From a virus (lineage: Duplodnaviria; Caudoviricetes), in the IMG/VR virus record IMGVR_UViG_3300044557_000107, positions 32,001 to 96,000 of that record: a stretch of DNA of 64,000 nt, one strand, 5' to 3'. The stretch's first letter is position 1, and every line of letters starts with the position of its first letter. A program made the translations under genes and the position numbers. The notes beneath the pieces are model-generated. The model saw only the letters and a program-made list of their open reading frames with translations. It searched no databases and was not told the DNA's origin. This document shows, in pieces, positions 63,489 through 64,000 of the stretch.

Positions 63489-64000
63489 TTAAAAAAGTAA
63501 CTTACTAATATCTTTAGTTTCAAAAGCTTCCCGCAAAGGTGTTTTGGTGGGAGTAACTGATGCTTCCGTATTGTTTGCATTAAGCACATCAAACTCAAAG
63601 GTTCCTCCAGCATCTAACTGGTTTTTAAGATAGTCTAATCCTAAAATGCAATATACCATTGATTGAACATAGTGGTCGGCGCCTTTTCTTGAGATAGATT
63701 CACGATACTCGCCGCTTTTATCTTCAACGTCTTGAATAATAACATTATCAAAATGCTTAATTAATTTATCTACTTCTTTTCCTGTAGGGAATCCTACTTT
63801 ACCTTGTTTAATTAAGCTTACCAGTCGTTTGTTTTGCACCAGTTTATCCACAACTACAATTCGTTTATTCTCATTAAATGATGGTTCAATTTGTTGACTA
63901 GCTGTAATAAGTCCACTTGTAGGAGACGTTGAGTACCTGCAACCAAAGACTCGATTACGACCGTAAACATCCATAAGGTCAATAATCTTGTTACCAGCGT
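63489..64000 (-). CDS. terL: Terminase large subunit, C-terminal part (runs off window end)
   Basis: VDKLVQNK, HFDNV.I.D and KGADHYVQS motifs; synteny. Confidence 0.75.
   Translation of the reverse strand, partial: AGNKIIDLMDVYGRNRVFGCRYSTSPTSGLITASQQIEPSFNENKRIVVVDKLVQNKRLVSLIKQGKVGFPTGKEVDKLIKHFDNVIIQDVEDKSGEYRESISRKGADHYVQSMVYCILGLDYLKNQLDAGGTFEFDVLNANNTEASVTPTKTPLREAFETKDISKLLF

Noticed and set aside
1-64000. tRNA/rRNA genes and a TnpA (Y1) transposase
   Set aside because: None recognised by eye; tRNAscan-SE and an HMM search would be needed to exclude them formally

Overview
This is a 64-kb segment of a large lytic myovirus genome with SPO1/Twort/A511-like (Herelleviridae) gene order. 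The host is probably a Lactobacillaceae member, inferred from Lactobacillus-style TnpB, SSB C-terminus and tail modules. Nearly all genes are on the minus strand. Read right to left: terminase C-terminus, portal, protease, scaffold, major capsid, neck, sheath, tube, frameshifted tail chaperone, tape measure, tail lysin, tail/baseplate genes, then SF2 helicase (with a mini-intein), DnaB, SbcCD, primase, resolvase, PolA, UvsY-like, SSB, RecA, sigma factor and accessory genes. The most unusual content: (1) one intact IS1341-type TnpB nuclease plus three dispersed ~250-bp gene-less elements, each with its own promoter, a covarying omegaRNA scaffold and a different guide, and boundaries (TTAT target / TCAY end) deducible from the sequence; (2) a ~500-650-nt promoter-led, heavily base-paired and pseudoknotted non-coding region at 25.46-26.12 kb; (3) a probable -1 frameshift adding a mucin-like (T6VAP)n tail to a late protein, with poly-Thr tracts on many virion proteins; (4) a truncated orphan MazE/AbrB-like antitoxin. 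Family assignments come from motif recognition and synteny; no database search was run.
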